From NCBI RefSeq assembly GCF_009914755.1, contig NC_060926.1: a stretch of DNA of 64,000 bases; one strand, 5' to 3'. Both the position numbers and the translations under genes were made by a program. Positions 30,403 through 47,373 of the stretch are shown here, piece after piece; the first letter of the stretch is position 1, and every line of letters starts with the position of its first letter. This DNA is from the human T2T-CHM13v2.0 reference genome, Homo sapiens. The notes beneath the pieces are model-generated. The model was not told where the DNA came from, made no database searches, and saw nothing but the letters and a program-made list of their open reading frames with translations.

Positions 30403-31016
30403 GCCCAGACCCTACAATCATGGTGCCTTCCCCCAACCCCCATGGTGAAATTTTCCTTTTCCTTTGTCAGCTTCTTAGACTCCTTAGATTAAGTAGCAGG
30501 ATAAAACGAATGTTGACCAGCTTTAAAGATGTATTTATTAAGAAACAAATGCATTTATCCTGCGAAGAGCCAAAGTGCATCCCAAGAAGTATGTCAGTCC
30601 AGACCACAGAGGCTGAGTTGCACCCCGGAATGTGCAGGAAGGTGATGGCAGGGCTGCCTTGACTGTCACCTGTCAGTCCTTCTCAGCATGGCCCTGCCAC
30701 TCCAGAAGAGCAGCCCCAGCCAGGTGTGGGGTGCTTGTGCCTGGAAGTTCACCTCCACGTGGCCTGAGGACAGGTGAGGGAGGTGGCTCTGTCTGAGGAG
30801 CTCCTCGCACCCAGGCCCAGGACAGGATCAGAAGCAAATGTCAAAAATCTTGTCCTGCCACAGATGAGAAGTGATTCTTTTGCAAGTGCTGTGACTTTTT
30901 TAAAATGAGAAGAGATTGTACATATGTCTACATGTATGCCTTTCCCCTCACGTTTGTCCCTGAGGATGGACAGCAGCTCCCAATGGCACATTCATGCATC
31001 CAGCTAAAGAAACAAC

Positions 31017-31313
<297 letters not shown>

Positions 31314-32140
31314 GTGGCCCTCGGCAGAGCATCAGGGAGCTGCCCCTTGGCCTGGCAGAGCCCACCCCGTGAGGCACCCTGACCACCTTGGGGGCTGCTT
31401 CAGGCAGTGCCTGTGTTGACCTAGGAGGCTGGGCCCCTATCATTGGATGCTCCAGCTGCTCTAGGAAGGATGCAGTGGGAGGTGGGGTGGACGGCTGTTG
31501 GTAAGTGTCAGCTGAGCCCCCGGTGGCCTCAGGGCCCTCCATCCTCCCAGCATGGTGAGCTCAGCAGCCTGGAGGCAGCCAGGAGCCAGGGCCAGGAAAT
31601 GGCGCTGGTCTGGCCTGAGATGAGGCCAGATTAGGGCAGAGCAGAGAAACCATGTGGAAAGGAAGTCCAGGACGGCAGTCACCTATGACATAGGGGAAGT
31701 CACGTGCCGCAGAAACGCATGGGACTGAGTCCTGGAAAAAATGTAAAGGGTGATATACGGGAAAGTTGGGAGGTGCTCTGCAAGGTAGGCGATTGTTTAT
31801 TAGAGCAGCCTGGCCCTTATATGATCTCAGCGTATCAATAGGAACATTGTGTTGGGAGGGAAGAGCCATAAAATGCCTCGGGAGATGCTGAGTCTTTCCC
31901 TGTGTTTGCAATGCTGCTGAGTCATAATCCGGCTGCTAAGCATCACCCAGCAGAGGATCCTGTGTCCCTTCTGTTTGCATTAAGCCCAAAGAAAAGCATT
32001 CAGGGCCCCTAGGCGACTCTGCCCAGAGGGTTCATAACCGGCTCTCAGTTATTGCTGCGGACATTTCATCTGGATTATAAGAAAACCCAGAAAGGGGCAG
32101 AGGTGGGGAAACGGGCCAGAACAGAATACAGCAGATAAAG

Positions 32141-32515
<375 letters not shown>

Positions 32516-32520
32516 TAAGG

Positions 32521-33050
<530 letters not shown>

Positions 33051-33052
33051 TG

Positions 33053-33641
<589 letters not shown>

Positions 33642-34179
33642 AACAAAACAAATTTTAAAAAATTATTTTTAATAACCATCACATAAGGGCTTTGATGCCC
33701 AGTGGCAAATTGCTCTCCAAAAAGATGGTGTCCTCTTCCAGTTATCCTTGAGGTGGGACGTTACGGATTCCTGGGCCCTGCCGCCCAGGCTTTCTCTCCT
33801 TGGGCTTCTTGTTGACTCACCTCAGCTGACCCTGACCCTGCAACTTGACCTTGCTGCCTGCCGGCTTTAAGGCGCCATATGGAAGCCAGCTATCCCTCCT
33901 GGAATTGCACTGCCAGTTCCTCCAACCCTGGGGGACCCTGGCTGCCTTTGAGGGCTGCCTCCCAGGCTAGCTGGTGCTGGCCGCCCTGTCCCCAAGACCA
34001 TGCGATGGTCCTAGGGCTAACCCAGCACTAACCCCTGCCCTTACCAGTGCTGGGAATAGTACCGCTGTTCATGTGAGTCGTTTTTACTAGGTTTCCTGTT
34101 GTTCCTTCTTAAAATATGGCAGGGCTACACTTAAAAATGATAAAGATGGTAAATATTATGGATATTTTACTACAATTTA

Positions 34180-34490
<311 letters not shown>

Positions 34491-35122
34491 TTAAAATAAG
34501 TTAACTATTATAATAATGACACAAAATATCAAAATATGAATAGTAAAACATAAAAATTTGAACCAAATAATTTTAAAACACCTCATTTGATGGTTACACA
34601 CGTTATACCTGCATCAGAATATCACACTGTACCCCATAAATATGTACAATTATTTATCAGTTTAAAAAAGAAAGAAACCACCTCACTAGACCACGTACAA
34701 AGCTCCTTTGTATGTGTGAAAAAAGCATCAGCAAAGCTTTCATGTAATGATTTTACAACCCAGTTCCCTGGTCAGATAGCCCCGCGTATCTGTGAACTCA
34801 TCCCATCAGGAAATGCATCCTGATCTCTGATCCCCAGCCCCTAGCAGAATTCTCAGCACGCGTGAGCTTGATCAATGAATGAAAGAAAAGGAGAACATCC
34901 ATTTATTAAATCCGAGTATATCAATCAGAAGAAATAATACCCAACTCTTGTAAATGCTAACGACAGGCTGCATGGATGTGTGGAGAGGGTGGGATGAGAC
35001 TCATAAAAGCAGAGTGGTAACAGGAGCCTGTAACTGTACCCACAAGTAAGCAACAATGTCACATAGGCAAAAGGTAGAATATGGAAAATATTTGGGGGAA
35101 TAGTGTTATGAGTGATACAAAA

Positions 35123-36085
<963 letters not shown>

Positions 36086-36086
36086 G

Positions 36087-36385
36087 TTTCTTTTTTTTTT
36101 TTTTTGAGACAGAATTTTGCTCTTGTCGCCCAGGCTGGAGTGCAACAGTGCCGTCTTGGCTCACTGCAACCTCCTCCCAGGTTCAAGCGGTTCTCCTGCC
36201 TCAGCCTCCTGAGGAGCTGGAATTACAGGTGCCCGCCACCGCGCCCGGCTAATTTTTGAATTTTTAGTAGTGACGGGGCTTCACCATGTTGGCCAGGCTG
36301 GTCTCTAACTCCTGACTTCAGGTGATTTGTCCGCCTTGGCCTCTCAGAGTGCTGGGATTATAGGCGGGAGCCACCACACCCGGCC
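36087..36385 (-). mobile_element. AluS, ending 60 bp upstream of an ARMC9 exon
   Basis: Reverse Alu. Confidence 0.9.
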
Positions 36386-36444
36386 CCTCCTGTGGTTTCT
36401 AATGCTGTAGTAGCTGGGACTCCAGGTTGCACGTTTTGTTCTAG

Positions 36445-36617
36445 GGAATGTGCATCAGCCTTCACCTGCAAGCCCCGGGCCCCCTGCACTCCAGAGATGC
36501 TGGACTGGAACCCACCCAAGGCAAAGGCGTCAGTTCTGGCCCCTCTGTTCTCTTCGTGTGGCCCCCAGCAGGCCAGCCGCCCCGGCTCCACAGCGTCCTC
36601 CACAAGGGGCCTGCCGA
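36445..36617 (+). CDS. ARMC9: ARMC9 long-isoform exon (ECASAFTCKPRAPCTPEMLDWNPPKAKASVLAPLFSSCGPQQASRPGSTASSTRGLP)
   Basis: TTTTGTTCTAG acceptor, GTAAGT donor at 36618; frame continuous. Confidence 0.9.
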
Positions 36618-38004
36618 GTAAGTCAGCCTGGGCCCCACTGGCGTGGGAGCCTGGCCACCCGCCAACCTGCAGGGAAGGGCATTTTGCTGCTATATTTGGC
36701 CCCGTGCTCCTGTGTGTACCAGGCCAGGCCAGAAGGGCAGAAGGCCTGCTTCCCTTCCCCACACAACCAGGCCCCAGCAGGTGGCTTCCTTTCCTCCAGG
36801 GACCGGTTCTGCATGAATCTTCCTTCCTATTAAATTCCCTTTGGCCTCAGTGACTCAAACTCAAGCTGAGGAGTGAGACCTCCAGGCAGGTCACTGAGAG
36901 AGAAGCCCCTCCCCACTTCCCTCTGTGGAGCTCACAGAGTTGGCCCTGAGCTGGCCCTGCTGCCCCGGGGTTGGCCCTGAAACTCGGACCTGCCCTGGTG
37001 GGAGGTGGTCCAGCCCCTGGTTCAGCCACTGTGTCCCTGCCTGGCCCAGCCTCGGTCAGGCCACCCCCAGGTCAAACAGAAGCGGGTGTCTGCTCGCAGG
37101 CTGGATGGAGGGGCCGCCAGAAGGGCCTGAAGATGGGATGGGCCCAAGGGCCCCCACTCTCTCCCTGGGGCCTCTCTCTCACCCTCTCACCTGAGGCTCA
37201 CTGTAAGGACCACTTCTTTGTCTTTCTCTGTCCCCTTCCAGCCTCTGCCAATTGATAGCCCCTCCACCTCCACGCCCCAACTGAGCTGAACCTTTCTAGA
37301 GGGCTTTACCAAAACACAGGGAAAACAAAAGGACAGAACAAAAGGCCAGGCAGGACGAAAGGAGTCCCGCTTAGGATATGCGCATTTCTTTGGCCGCCCC
37401 CAGCCCGCCCCACCCTACTACCTTCCTGGCCAGGCCCTGGGCGCTCTGGTCAGCTGGGGACACGCTGGGTTGGAAGTGGGGGTAATGGCCATGGCTGGGG
37501 AGCCAGGTTGGGACCCCTCCCACTTCCCACTGGGAAACACACCCAAAACCCCAGCCCAGCCAGTCGCAGCCCAGGTCAGGCGCAGAGGAGGTGCAGCAAA
37601 TCCAGGGGAGGCTCGGCCAGGAGGAAGGTGCCACTGGGGCAGGGATCCCCAGTCATAGCAACAGTGACACCAGCAGCTGGTGGCTGGCCTGGCCCCACAT
37701 CTAGCAGCATAGCGTGGCCACGGTGTGGACAGCTCAGCCAGCCATGGGCGTTGTGTGTCCTGTGGGCTCAACAAACACGTGAGCTGTTGCCAGCAAAGCT
37801 GACTGAGTGACCCGCACCAAGCAGCCTGCTTCCTGTGAGGAAAGAGCCGGCCCGCCAGTCGAGCCCAGGCCACAGAACAGGTGACCTGGGAGAGGGAAGG
37901 TTCCCTCGCTTCTGAGCCGGCTGAAAGAGGGACTGAGTGGGACAGAGGGGATTCTGTGCGGAGACCACACAGCACTGGCATCTTGCTCTGGCTTTTCTCT
38001 CCAG

Positions 38005-38027
38005 GCAGCCAGTCTCACAGGAAGTAA
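38005..38027 (+). CDS. ARMC9: ARMC9 terminal coding segment (SSQSHRK-stop), start of last exon/3' UTR
   Basis: CTTTTCTCTCCAG acceptor; A|GC AGC CAG TCT CAC AGG AAG TAA matches the recalled ARMC9 C-terminus. Confidence 0.88.
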
Positions 38028-38577
38028 GGATGTCCCCGGGTGTCCCCATCACGTTGCCGGAGGACCAGCCAGCTTCCCGCTCTCAGCTGGCAGCAGCTGC
38101 CGGTGATGGATGTGAAGGGACAGTTGTCCACAAGACTCTGGGAGCTGAGGGGAGGCCGGCTCTCCAGGCAGCACCAGAGCAAGGCCATCGCAGCCCCGCC
38201 AGCCGGGTCACTTTCTCCCAGGGCAGAGCCACCAAGGAGGGCTGGGGAGAGCCTGGCATTGCCCTCCTGGAGAGGGGAATTTCCTGCTCACCCTTCACAC
38301 ATAGAGGAGAGGGGTGGCTTTTGCCCGCAGGAGATCTTCTGGCCCCAGAAACAGCAGGTGCTGGATTTGCAGCCCTGGCCCTCCAGGCCCCAACAGGGCG
38401 ACAGTGTGGGGCCAGCCTGGAGCAGGGCTTTTCCAAGGCTGCTGAAGCCAGCCCTCCTCACTTGGGCTGACTACCAGGACCCAGAAGGAACTCAGGGTGA
38501 AGCTCATTTTATTCTCAAGCCTGCGTCTCAGCAGCAAAGTTGGTGTTTTCTTCCTGTGTTAAAATCTGAGAAAGAAG

Positions 38578-39129
<552 letters not shown>

Positions 39130-39167
39130 TCACAGGTGTCCTGGATGTTACCCAAGCTCTAAAATCA

Positions 39168-39191
39168 AATAAAACCCATCAGTATTTAGTG

Positions 39192-39222
<31 letters not shown>

Positions 39223-39336
39223 AGTGTATGAAGGGAAATGGAAAGCAGAGAAAAGTCGCGTGCCCTCCCCCAGGCACCTGATCTGCCCACAGACCCTTCA
39301 ATGGGGACATCTCTGGTCCCAATGGTCGTAAATAAA
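39168..39336 (+). terminator. ARMC9: Candidate ARMC9 3' UTR poly(A) signals (AATAAA at 39168 and 39331)
   Basis: Two canonical hexamers about 1.1-1.3 kb after the stop; the first is followed by a GT-rich (TG)n tract. Confidence 0.5.
39192..39225. repeat. (TG)n microsatellite
   Basis: Direct inspection. Confidence 0.93.
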
Positions 39337-40080
39337 GGCTAAGCGCTGGATTTTTCCATGGCCCCCTGACTCCTCAGGAGCGCAGGCAGAGGAGGTAAAC
39401 AGGAGGCCAGGTTACCCATGAGATGACCAGAAGCTCATCCAGGGCCGGGACCCTGGTTCATCTCGTGAATTCTTGGCAGCGGCTCCAGGCTGGGCACATT
39501 AGATGCTGTCATGTGACTGGCCTGGTGGCCACCTCTTGGTTCTCTGGAAATGTGTCCACTCTGTGCTCAGGGAAGAAGGCTGCCGTCCTGACCTGTCAGC
39601 CACCAGGCCCTCTCTGAACTCCTCACTTGACCCGGAGGCATTGGGAGCAAACACAAAGCTCGCCCCTGGTGTCAGTGGTGCAGACAGAGGAAAAGCAGAG
39701 GGTCCGCAAAATGCAACTCCTCCGTGGTGAGACTTTGAAAAGGTGTAGAGTGGTTGCAGACAAACAGCAAAGGAGTGGAATGGAAAAATCTCTCTTGCTC
39801 CCCACAAGAAGTCCACTCCCCTACGGATTCCTCAGATGCCACTGGCTGGCACAGCCTTTCCCGCCCTTGGTGTGGGAGCAGCAGAAGTCCAGCGGGGGTG
39901 GGAGAATCATCGGGGTCAGGTCAGTGTCTCCCTCGTCTGAAGTCAACCACTACTTTTCCCTCAAGCCTACCAAAGAGCTAAAGTCTGATCTGTAGATGTC
40001 TGATGGTTTGAGGAGAAGAAAAGATAGTCTTTTAGAGAAGTGGGGAGTATCCAACTTAGGGTCAAAATACACTGAGATTA

Positions 40081-40376
40081 GGCCGGGCACAGTGGCTCAC
40101 ACCTGTAATCCCAGTGCTTTGGGAGGCCGAGGCGGATGGATCACTTGAGGCCTCCAGGAGTTCGAGACCAGCCTGGCCAACATGGCGAAACCCCGTCTCT
40201 ACTAAAATACAAAAAATTAGCTGGATGTGGTGGTGGGTGCCTGTAATCTCAGCTACTCAAGGAGGCTGAGGCACAAGAATAGCTTGAACCGGGAGATGGA
40301 AGATGCAGTGAGCCAAGATCACGCCCCTGCACTCCAGCCTGGGCGACAGAGACTCCGTCAAAAAAAAAAAAAAAAT
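40081..40376 (+). mobile_element. AluS
   Basis: TSD AAAATACA(C/T)TGAGATTA. Confidence 0.92.
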
Positions 40377-41492
40377 ACATTGAGATTACCAGGTGGGGTA
40401 TGTGTGGTTCTTCCAGGAAAGTGCTGAAAATATCACCCAGGCCTCTGCGCCACGCCCTGGGAGAGTACACTCCTGGGCTCACGCCTCTGCATTCCAAGGC
40501 TGACAGCTAGAAATATACTTTGTAAAATACCAACAACTTATTCACAAATATTCCAACTATCTACCAGCTCCAATGAGCTTGCTGAGGATGGGTATGACCC
40601 CAGTCTAAGGGGAAAGAATCTAAAACACAAGTAAACCTGTTTAAAGGCCAGATCTCCAGATGGAGATCCAAGCAGATGGCGCCTAAGGTTTGCCCTTGAA
40701 AACTACCAAGGAAGCCACAGAGAGGGATCTTTGGACCTTCTGGAAAATGGTAAGGCCCCAGGTAGATTATGGCTCCTCTGCCCTGGAGGCTGAGCCGCCC
40801 CTCTGGTTACCTCACATCTTCTGGTTTCTTCTGAGTGGGACTTGATCTCATTTCTGCATTCACAGCAAGGTGGAACTGTCTGGCAAGAGCTTAAATTAGG
40901 ACCTGTGGTGGGGACTTTAATAGGCAGGTGGAGGTTTGAGATCCAGTGAGATGCCAGAGATTAGTCAATAGGTGAGGAAAGATTTGGCCCAAATCAAAAG
41001 AGCTAAAAAAAAAATAATAAAATAAAAATAAAAATAAAATAGTTGAACAAATAAGGTTCATGAAAAAAAAAGAAAAGAAAGAAAAGGTAAAGAAAAGAAA
41101 TCCATGATAAAATATCAAACTTTTTAATAAAAACAAGTCTGGCCCTGTACTTGGATGACCCCACCTGGCTTGTCTAACCCTAATCCCAGCCCCAGTTTTA
41201 ATAAAACTGTATTTACAAAATAGGCAGCTGGGACGTGGACCAGAGATACCAATTTGATTTTTTTTAAATATTACATTAAAATATTACATCATGTGTCTTC
41301 ATTACTGAGTTTTGGGGTAGCCCTTTAAATTTTGTATGCAAGGTGAATACCTCACCCCTCTCTCCTGGCCTAGAATCTGGGGGATCCTCCTGTCCCTCCC
41401 ACAGTGCCTGATAGCACAGCCTGGGGCTGGTGGTGTGCCTGTTTGCCTAGCTTTATCTCTCCAGATACTATTTGGGGTGTGCTGTTCTAAGA

Positions 41493-41920
41493 AGTGATTA
41501 GGTTAGCTTTTGCATATTAACAAACTACCTCTGAAACTTAGTGGCTTAAACCAACAAATGTATTAGCTTTATAATGATTTGGATCAGTGATGGGGGCTGG
41601 GCACGGACAGGCGATTCTTCTGCTGGGCTTGGCTGAACTCAACTATGTCTTATGGTCAGAGGGCAGTCAGGGGCTTCGCTCATGTCTGGTAGTTGGCTGT
41701 TGGCTGAGCCCTTGGTTCTCCTCTGGCTTAGGCTTGTTCACCTGGTGGCCTCGGGGCTCCCATGGCAGTTAGAGAAATCAAGCCCAAGTCTCATATCACG
41801 TTCACTATTCTCCCATTGTCCAAAGCAGACCACATGGCCAAGGCCCAAGTCTGTGTGAAAGGATGTGGATACAGGGACCCCGAATGAACCAGAGGCAATA
41901 CTGCTGCAAGCTACCACATA
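41493..41920 (-). mobile_element. MaLR LTR (MLT1G/H-like)
   Basis: AAACTTAGTGGCTTAAACCAACAA ... CACATGGCCAAGGCCCAAG motifs. Confidence 0.65.
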
Positions 41921-42330
41921 GATGCTGTTCAGAGCTTTGCAGGACCAAATCTTTTAGGGCTGTTTTTCCATTGTGGTATACCCTCTCCATTTAGATTCAA
42001 TTGAACAAATATATTCTTTGGGGCTGCAGTGTGTCAGATGTGGAGACATGGTCCCACTGGCTTTCAAGTTGCCATCCATCTTCTAGGGAGAATTTCTGGC
42101 CTTTTCGGATGGCATGGTCCAGGCCGGAGCACCAGCCCCAGGTTGAAACATCAGGCAGGTTTCTAGGAAATGGTTGCAAAATTAGCAAAAAGTCAGGGCT
42201 ACAGAGCCCTATCCAGAGTCGTCATCTTAAGGTGTCTACTAAAGCCTGGGGGTGGATGGGATCTCAGAAGGGGGACTAGAGAAATAGGAAACTGGGGACA
42301 GAACCCGGGGGTGAGAAAGAAGACAGCAGG

Positions 42331-43408
42331 TGTTGTGGGAAGTCAGGGACCCCAAACGGAGGGACTGGCTGAAGCCATGACAGAAGAACGTGGATTGTGA
42401 TGATTTCATGGACATTTATTAGTTCCCCCAAATTAATACTTTTGTAATTTCTTATGCCTGTCTTTACTACAGTCTCTAAACATAAGTTGTGAATATTTCA
42501 TGGACACTTATCACTTCCCCAGTCAATACCCTTGTGATTTCCTATGCCTGTCTTTACTTTAATCTCTTAATCCTGTCAGCTGAGGGGGATGTATGTTGCC
42601 TCAGGACCCTGTAATAATTGCATTAACTGCACAAATTGTACAGCATGTGTGTTTGCGCAATATGAAATCTGAGCACCTTGAAAAAAGAACAGGGTAACAG
42701 CAATTGTTCAGGGAATAAGAGAGATAACCTTAAACTCTGACCACTGGTGAGTCGGGCGGAACAGAGCCATATTTCTCTTCTTTCAAAAGCAAATGGGAGA
42801 AATATCGCTGAATTCTTTTTCTCAGCATGGAACATCCCCTGAGAAAGAGAATGCACACCTGGGGGTGGGTCTCTGAACTGGCCCCCCTCCCCCGGGGGCG
42901 TGGTCGTCTCTTATGGTCGAGGCTGCAGAGATGAAATAAACTCCAGTCTCCCATAGCGCTCCCAGGCTTATTAGGAGGAGGAAATTCCCGCCTAATAAAT
43001 TTTGGTCAGACCGGTTGCTCTCAAACCCTGTCTCCTGATAAGATGTTATCAATGACAATGGTGCCCAAAACTTCATTAGCAATTTTAATTTTGCCTTGGT
43101 CCTGTGGTCCTGTGATCTCGCCCTGCCTCCACTTGCCTTGTGATATTCTATTACCCTGTTAAGTACTTGATGTCTGTCACCCACACCTATTCGCACACTC
43201 CCTCCCCTTTTGAAAATCCCTAATAAAAACTTGCTGGTTTTTGTGGCTTGTGGGGCATCACGGATCCTACCAACGTGTGATGTCTCCCCCGGACACCCAG
43301 CTTTACAATTTCTCTCTTTTGTACTCTGTCCCTTTATTTCTCAAGCCGGCCGACGCTTAGGAAAAATAGAAAAGAACCTATGTGATTACTGGGGCAGGTT
43401 CCCCGATA
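42331..43408 (+). mobile_element. Solo LTR MER11 (HERV-K11/HML-8), about 1.08 kb
   Basis: Starts TGTTGTGGGAAGTCAGGGACCCC, ends GGGGCAGGTTCCCCGATA; internal ATTTCATGGACA repeats; AATAAA at 43222; 6-bp TSD AGCAGG/GGCAGG. Confidence 0.9.
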
Positions 43409-43831
43409 GGCAGGTGCAGGAGTTTCAAGGAAGGAGGAGGAGGAGGACTAGGGATGCAGGGAGGAGGACTTGGAATGCAGGGGGAGGACTAAGGATGCAA
43501 GCTCTGGAACCCAGGGAGGAAAGCAGGGGATGGAGGGCGGTCACCATGGTCGGGCTATAGAGGAGGTGGGGAAGAAGATAACAGGCTAAGGCCAGCTTGA
43601 GAGCAGTTTCCTTAGAGCACTGGCCAGAGGTCAGCCTGCACCAGTGCCCGTCAAGGCGGTGAGCTGGATGCCAAAGGCATTGAGGTCAGAGGGGAGACCC
43701 AGAGAAGACAGGGAAGTGGTGGCATGAGCTCTAAGAAGGGAGGCTGGAGCAAAGGCCTCAAAGTTGTGATCTTGAGGGGTGCTGGGGAGCAAGGAGTCCA
43801 CCAGGCTCTCCTCTGGCCCCTGGGCAGGAGG

Positions 43832-44576
<745 letters not shown>

Positions 44577-45382
44577 GCAGAAGCCGTGCAAGACGGTGCA
44601 GCCTCAGAGGCAGGATGTTGGGTGGATCAGGAACTATGTCAGGGAGAGTTAGAGGAAGCAAGGCAGTGTGCATCCCTGAAATAGCAAAGCCAAGGGTGTG
44701 GCATGCACGATGGAGAGGTAGCGGCTGACTCTGCCCAAATCTCTTTCTACAGGTCCTCAGGGATCGCACTGGCCCAAAGCACTTGTGTCAGCTCACCTTC
44801 CAGCATCTGGCTCAGAGCCTCTCCCCATTTCTGTGATCACCGAGGGCTTCTTCCAGTTGTCCTGGGTGTCACTTGGACACCTTCCTGCTTGGCACAGTGT
44901 TGCTGCTCACGCTCTCGCTGTCCCTCTGGGCCTCTGGAAACACGCCTGCCCCAAGTGTGCACAGGTGTGGAGCTGCTCTTTGTCACAAGTCTTCAGTGAT
45001 GAGTCACCAGTTCCCGGCGGGGGAAGAGTTCACTGGATACATGATAGTGTGGCCTGGGTCTCAAACAGCCTGGAGTAGGGATCACTGACCAGGCTGGAAG
45101 GGAGGGGCATACAGGGTGCCACCCTCTGACCAGCAAGTTTCCAAGTTATGCCAAGTCAGGCCTCAACTCAGGCAGCACCGTCTTCAAGGGAGAAGCCAGG
45201 CAGAGGGTCCCAGTGGCTTATAGGCCCTGAGGGGCAGGACCAGGGACCCTGGGTTTACTGAGGGAAGGTGGGGTAGAGGCTGGATAAAGTACCTCGGCCA
45301 AAGGCAAGAAGAGTGGGGCTGAAGGGCTGGGGCCTGGATTTGGGACGCCATTACCATTGCCATTCTCAGCCAAATGCCAGTC

Positions 45383-45502
45383 TTTTTTTTTTTTTTTTTT
45401 TTTGAGACAGTCTTGCTATGTTGCCCAGGCTATCCTTAATTGATCCTCCTGTGAGGCCTCCCAAAGTGCTAGAATTAAAGGCACGTGCCACCAAACCCAG
45501 CC
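45383..45502 (-). mobile_element. FLAM-like monomer
   Basis: Poly-T plus diverged left arm; TSD GCCAGTCTTT. Confidence 0.75.
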
Positions 45503-45561
45503 GAAGGCCAGTCTTTCAGCGCCTCAAAGGGGAACAGCATGATTAGAATGTGTGCACAGCT

Positions 45562-45837
45562 GGCCGGGCACGGTGGCTCACGCCTGTAATCCCAGCACTT
45601 TGGAAGGCCGAGGTGGGCGGATCACGAGGTCAGGAATTCAAGACCAGCCTGGCCAACATGGTGAAACCCTGTCTCTATCAAAAATACAAAAATTAGCCGG
45701 GCATGGTGGCATGCGCCTGTAATCCCAGCTACTTAGGAGGCTTGAGGCAGGAGAATTGCTTGAACCCAGGAAGTGGAGGTTGCAGTGAGCCGAGATTGTG
45801 CCACTGCACCCCAGCCCAGGCGACAGAGAGAAAAAAG
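45562..45837 (+). mobile_element. AluS
   Basis: TSD ATGTGTGCACAGC. Confidence 0.92.
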
Positions 45838-47373
45838 CATGTGTGCACAGCCTCCAGGGAGGCCCTTGGCCCCAGGGTCTGAGGATAGGCCAATGGCCCT
45901 CCCTGGCCTCGGGCATCCCACCTGGGCCCTGTTGGGATGACTACCCTGGGGCTGTGTGGCAAACCAGCAAGGAGGCGGCTGCTGTGCGCTGAGCACCCTG
46001 GACAAGGCCCAGGAGGCTGCCGCAGAGACAGGGGAGGCTGGGGGAGGGGGAGGGAGGCAGGGACGGGGAATCAGCATCCCTGGGAGACCCCAGCAGCAGC
46101 CAAGACTCCAAAAAGGGCATGAAGTAGTGGTCAGGTGGAAAAATGCAAAAACCAGGCCAAAGAGGAGAGAAGTTTCAGATTTTGTGAAACCTCCCTCCCC
46201 CAGAGACCCTGGAAATAGTGACAGGGAGGAGACCTCGCTCTCTGACTCACGGCTATTACTGTGCCGCATGCGTGCACGTGAGTGGGCAAGGCTGCTGGGG
46301 TACTAGGAGACCCCAGGACCAATAACCCCCATCCTAGGAAAGGAAGCAGAGTCAGGCAGGGTGAGGCCATCCTCTGGGGTGAGGCCGAGGCCCAGGCAAC
46401 TGGATGTTTGTTGTTCCCGTGGCTGAGAGGAAGAATGGAGGGAGTGGCCATTGTCAATACAAAGATCTCAAGGAGAATCAGTCCATGAGTCAGGCCGACT
46501 AGAGCCAGTAAGGGGGGCCACGATCAACAATGGCGCTTCCAGAGGCCACCAAGGCCGAGGCTGTGATGTGGAGAGGGTGGGTGGAGAGTGGCATCACACA
46601 ACACCTGGAACTTGGGCTTCAGGGCATCCTGGTGCTCTGCTGAGCCCGTCCGTGGGGATCCCCTGGTGTGGCCTGGGATCCCAGAGCCATCAGCAGCTGC
46701 GGCACTGCCTGGCCAGGGTGAGGGTTGAGCAGGCCTCCCTCCAGGCAGAGGCCTCCCCTCCCTACTCTTGCCATGTGGTCCACATGGGAACTGCCCGACT
46801 GCCCTGGTCGGGAGCAGATGGGACCCCCCACTTTCCCTTTCAAAGACAAAGCTGAGATGAGAGCTGCCGGTGGCTGGGCCTCCATCTCTGGAGGAAGCCA
46901 TGGTACAGGAGGAGAGTGAGAGCCGCTATTCAGGAAGAGGCAGAGGGGCCGATCGCCCGGTGGAATCTGGTTGTTTCCAGCAATACCCGGCCCCGCTCAG
47001 CTTATCTGAGCCAATAAATCCCTGCCTTTAAAATAAAAAAGATGCTTCAGGTTGGGTGTCGCTAGCAATCCAAAGGTTTATAACCTAAACACTGACCCTG
47101 GTCACTCAGACTTGGGATTGCTGCTTGAGTTTTGTGTGCCACATTGCTCCCATCTTCCTTCAAAACCCACCTTCAAGCCCAGTGTAACTCCGGTCCTTAA
47201 ATTTTTAACTATGAAACCACCTCCAACGCTCCACAGGCCCTTTACCCTTCCATCGGGAGGTGCCGATGGATGCCCAGGGCTCGGGTGCTTCCAGGGAAAT
47301 CAGCATTTGGCTGGGCCCCTTCGGTTTGCTTAGGAGCAAACTCCTCTTTCGTTGAGTTCAAAACCACTCCAGG

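Noticed and set aside
41005-41130. Cluster of AATAAA hexamers as the ARMC9 poly(A) site
   Set aside because: Part of an A-rich low-complexity tract; prone to chance matches and oligo-dT internal priming
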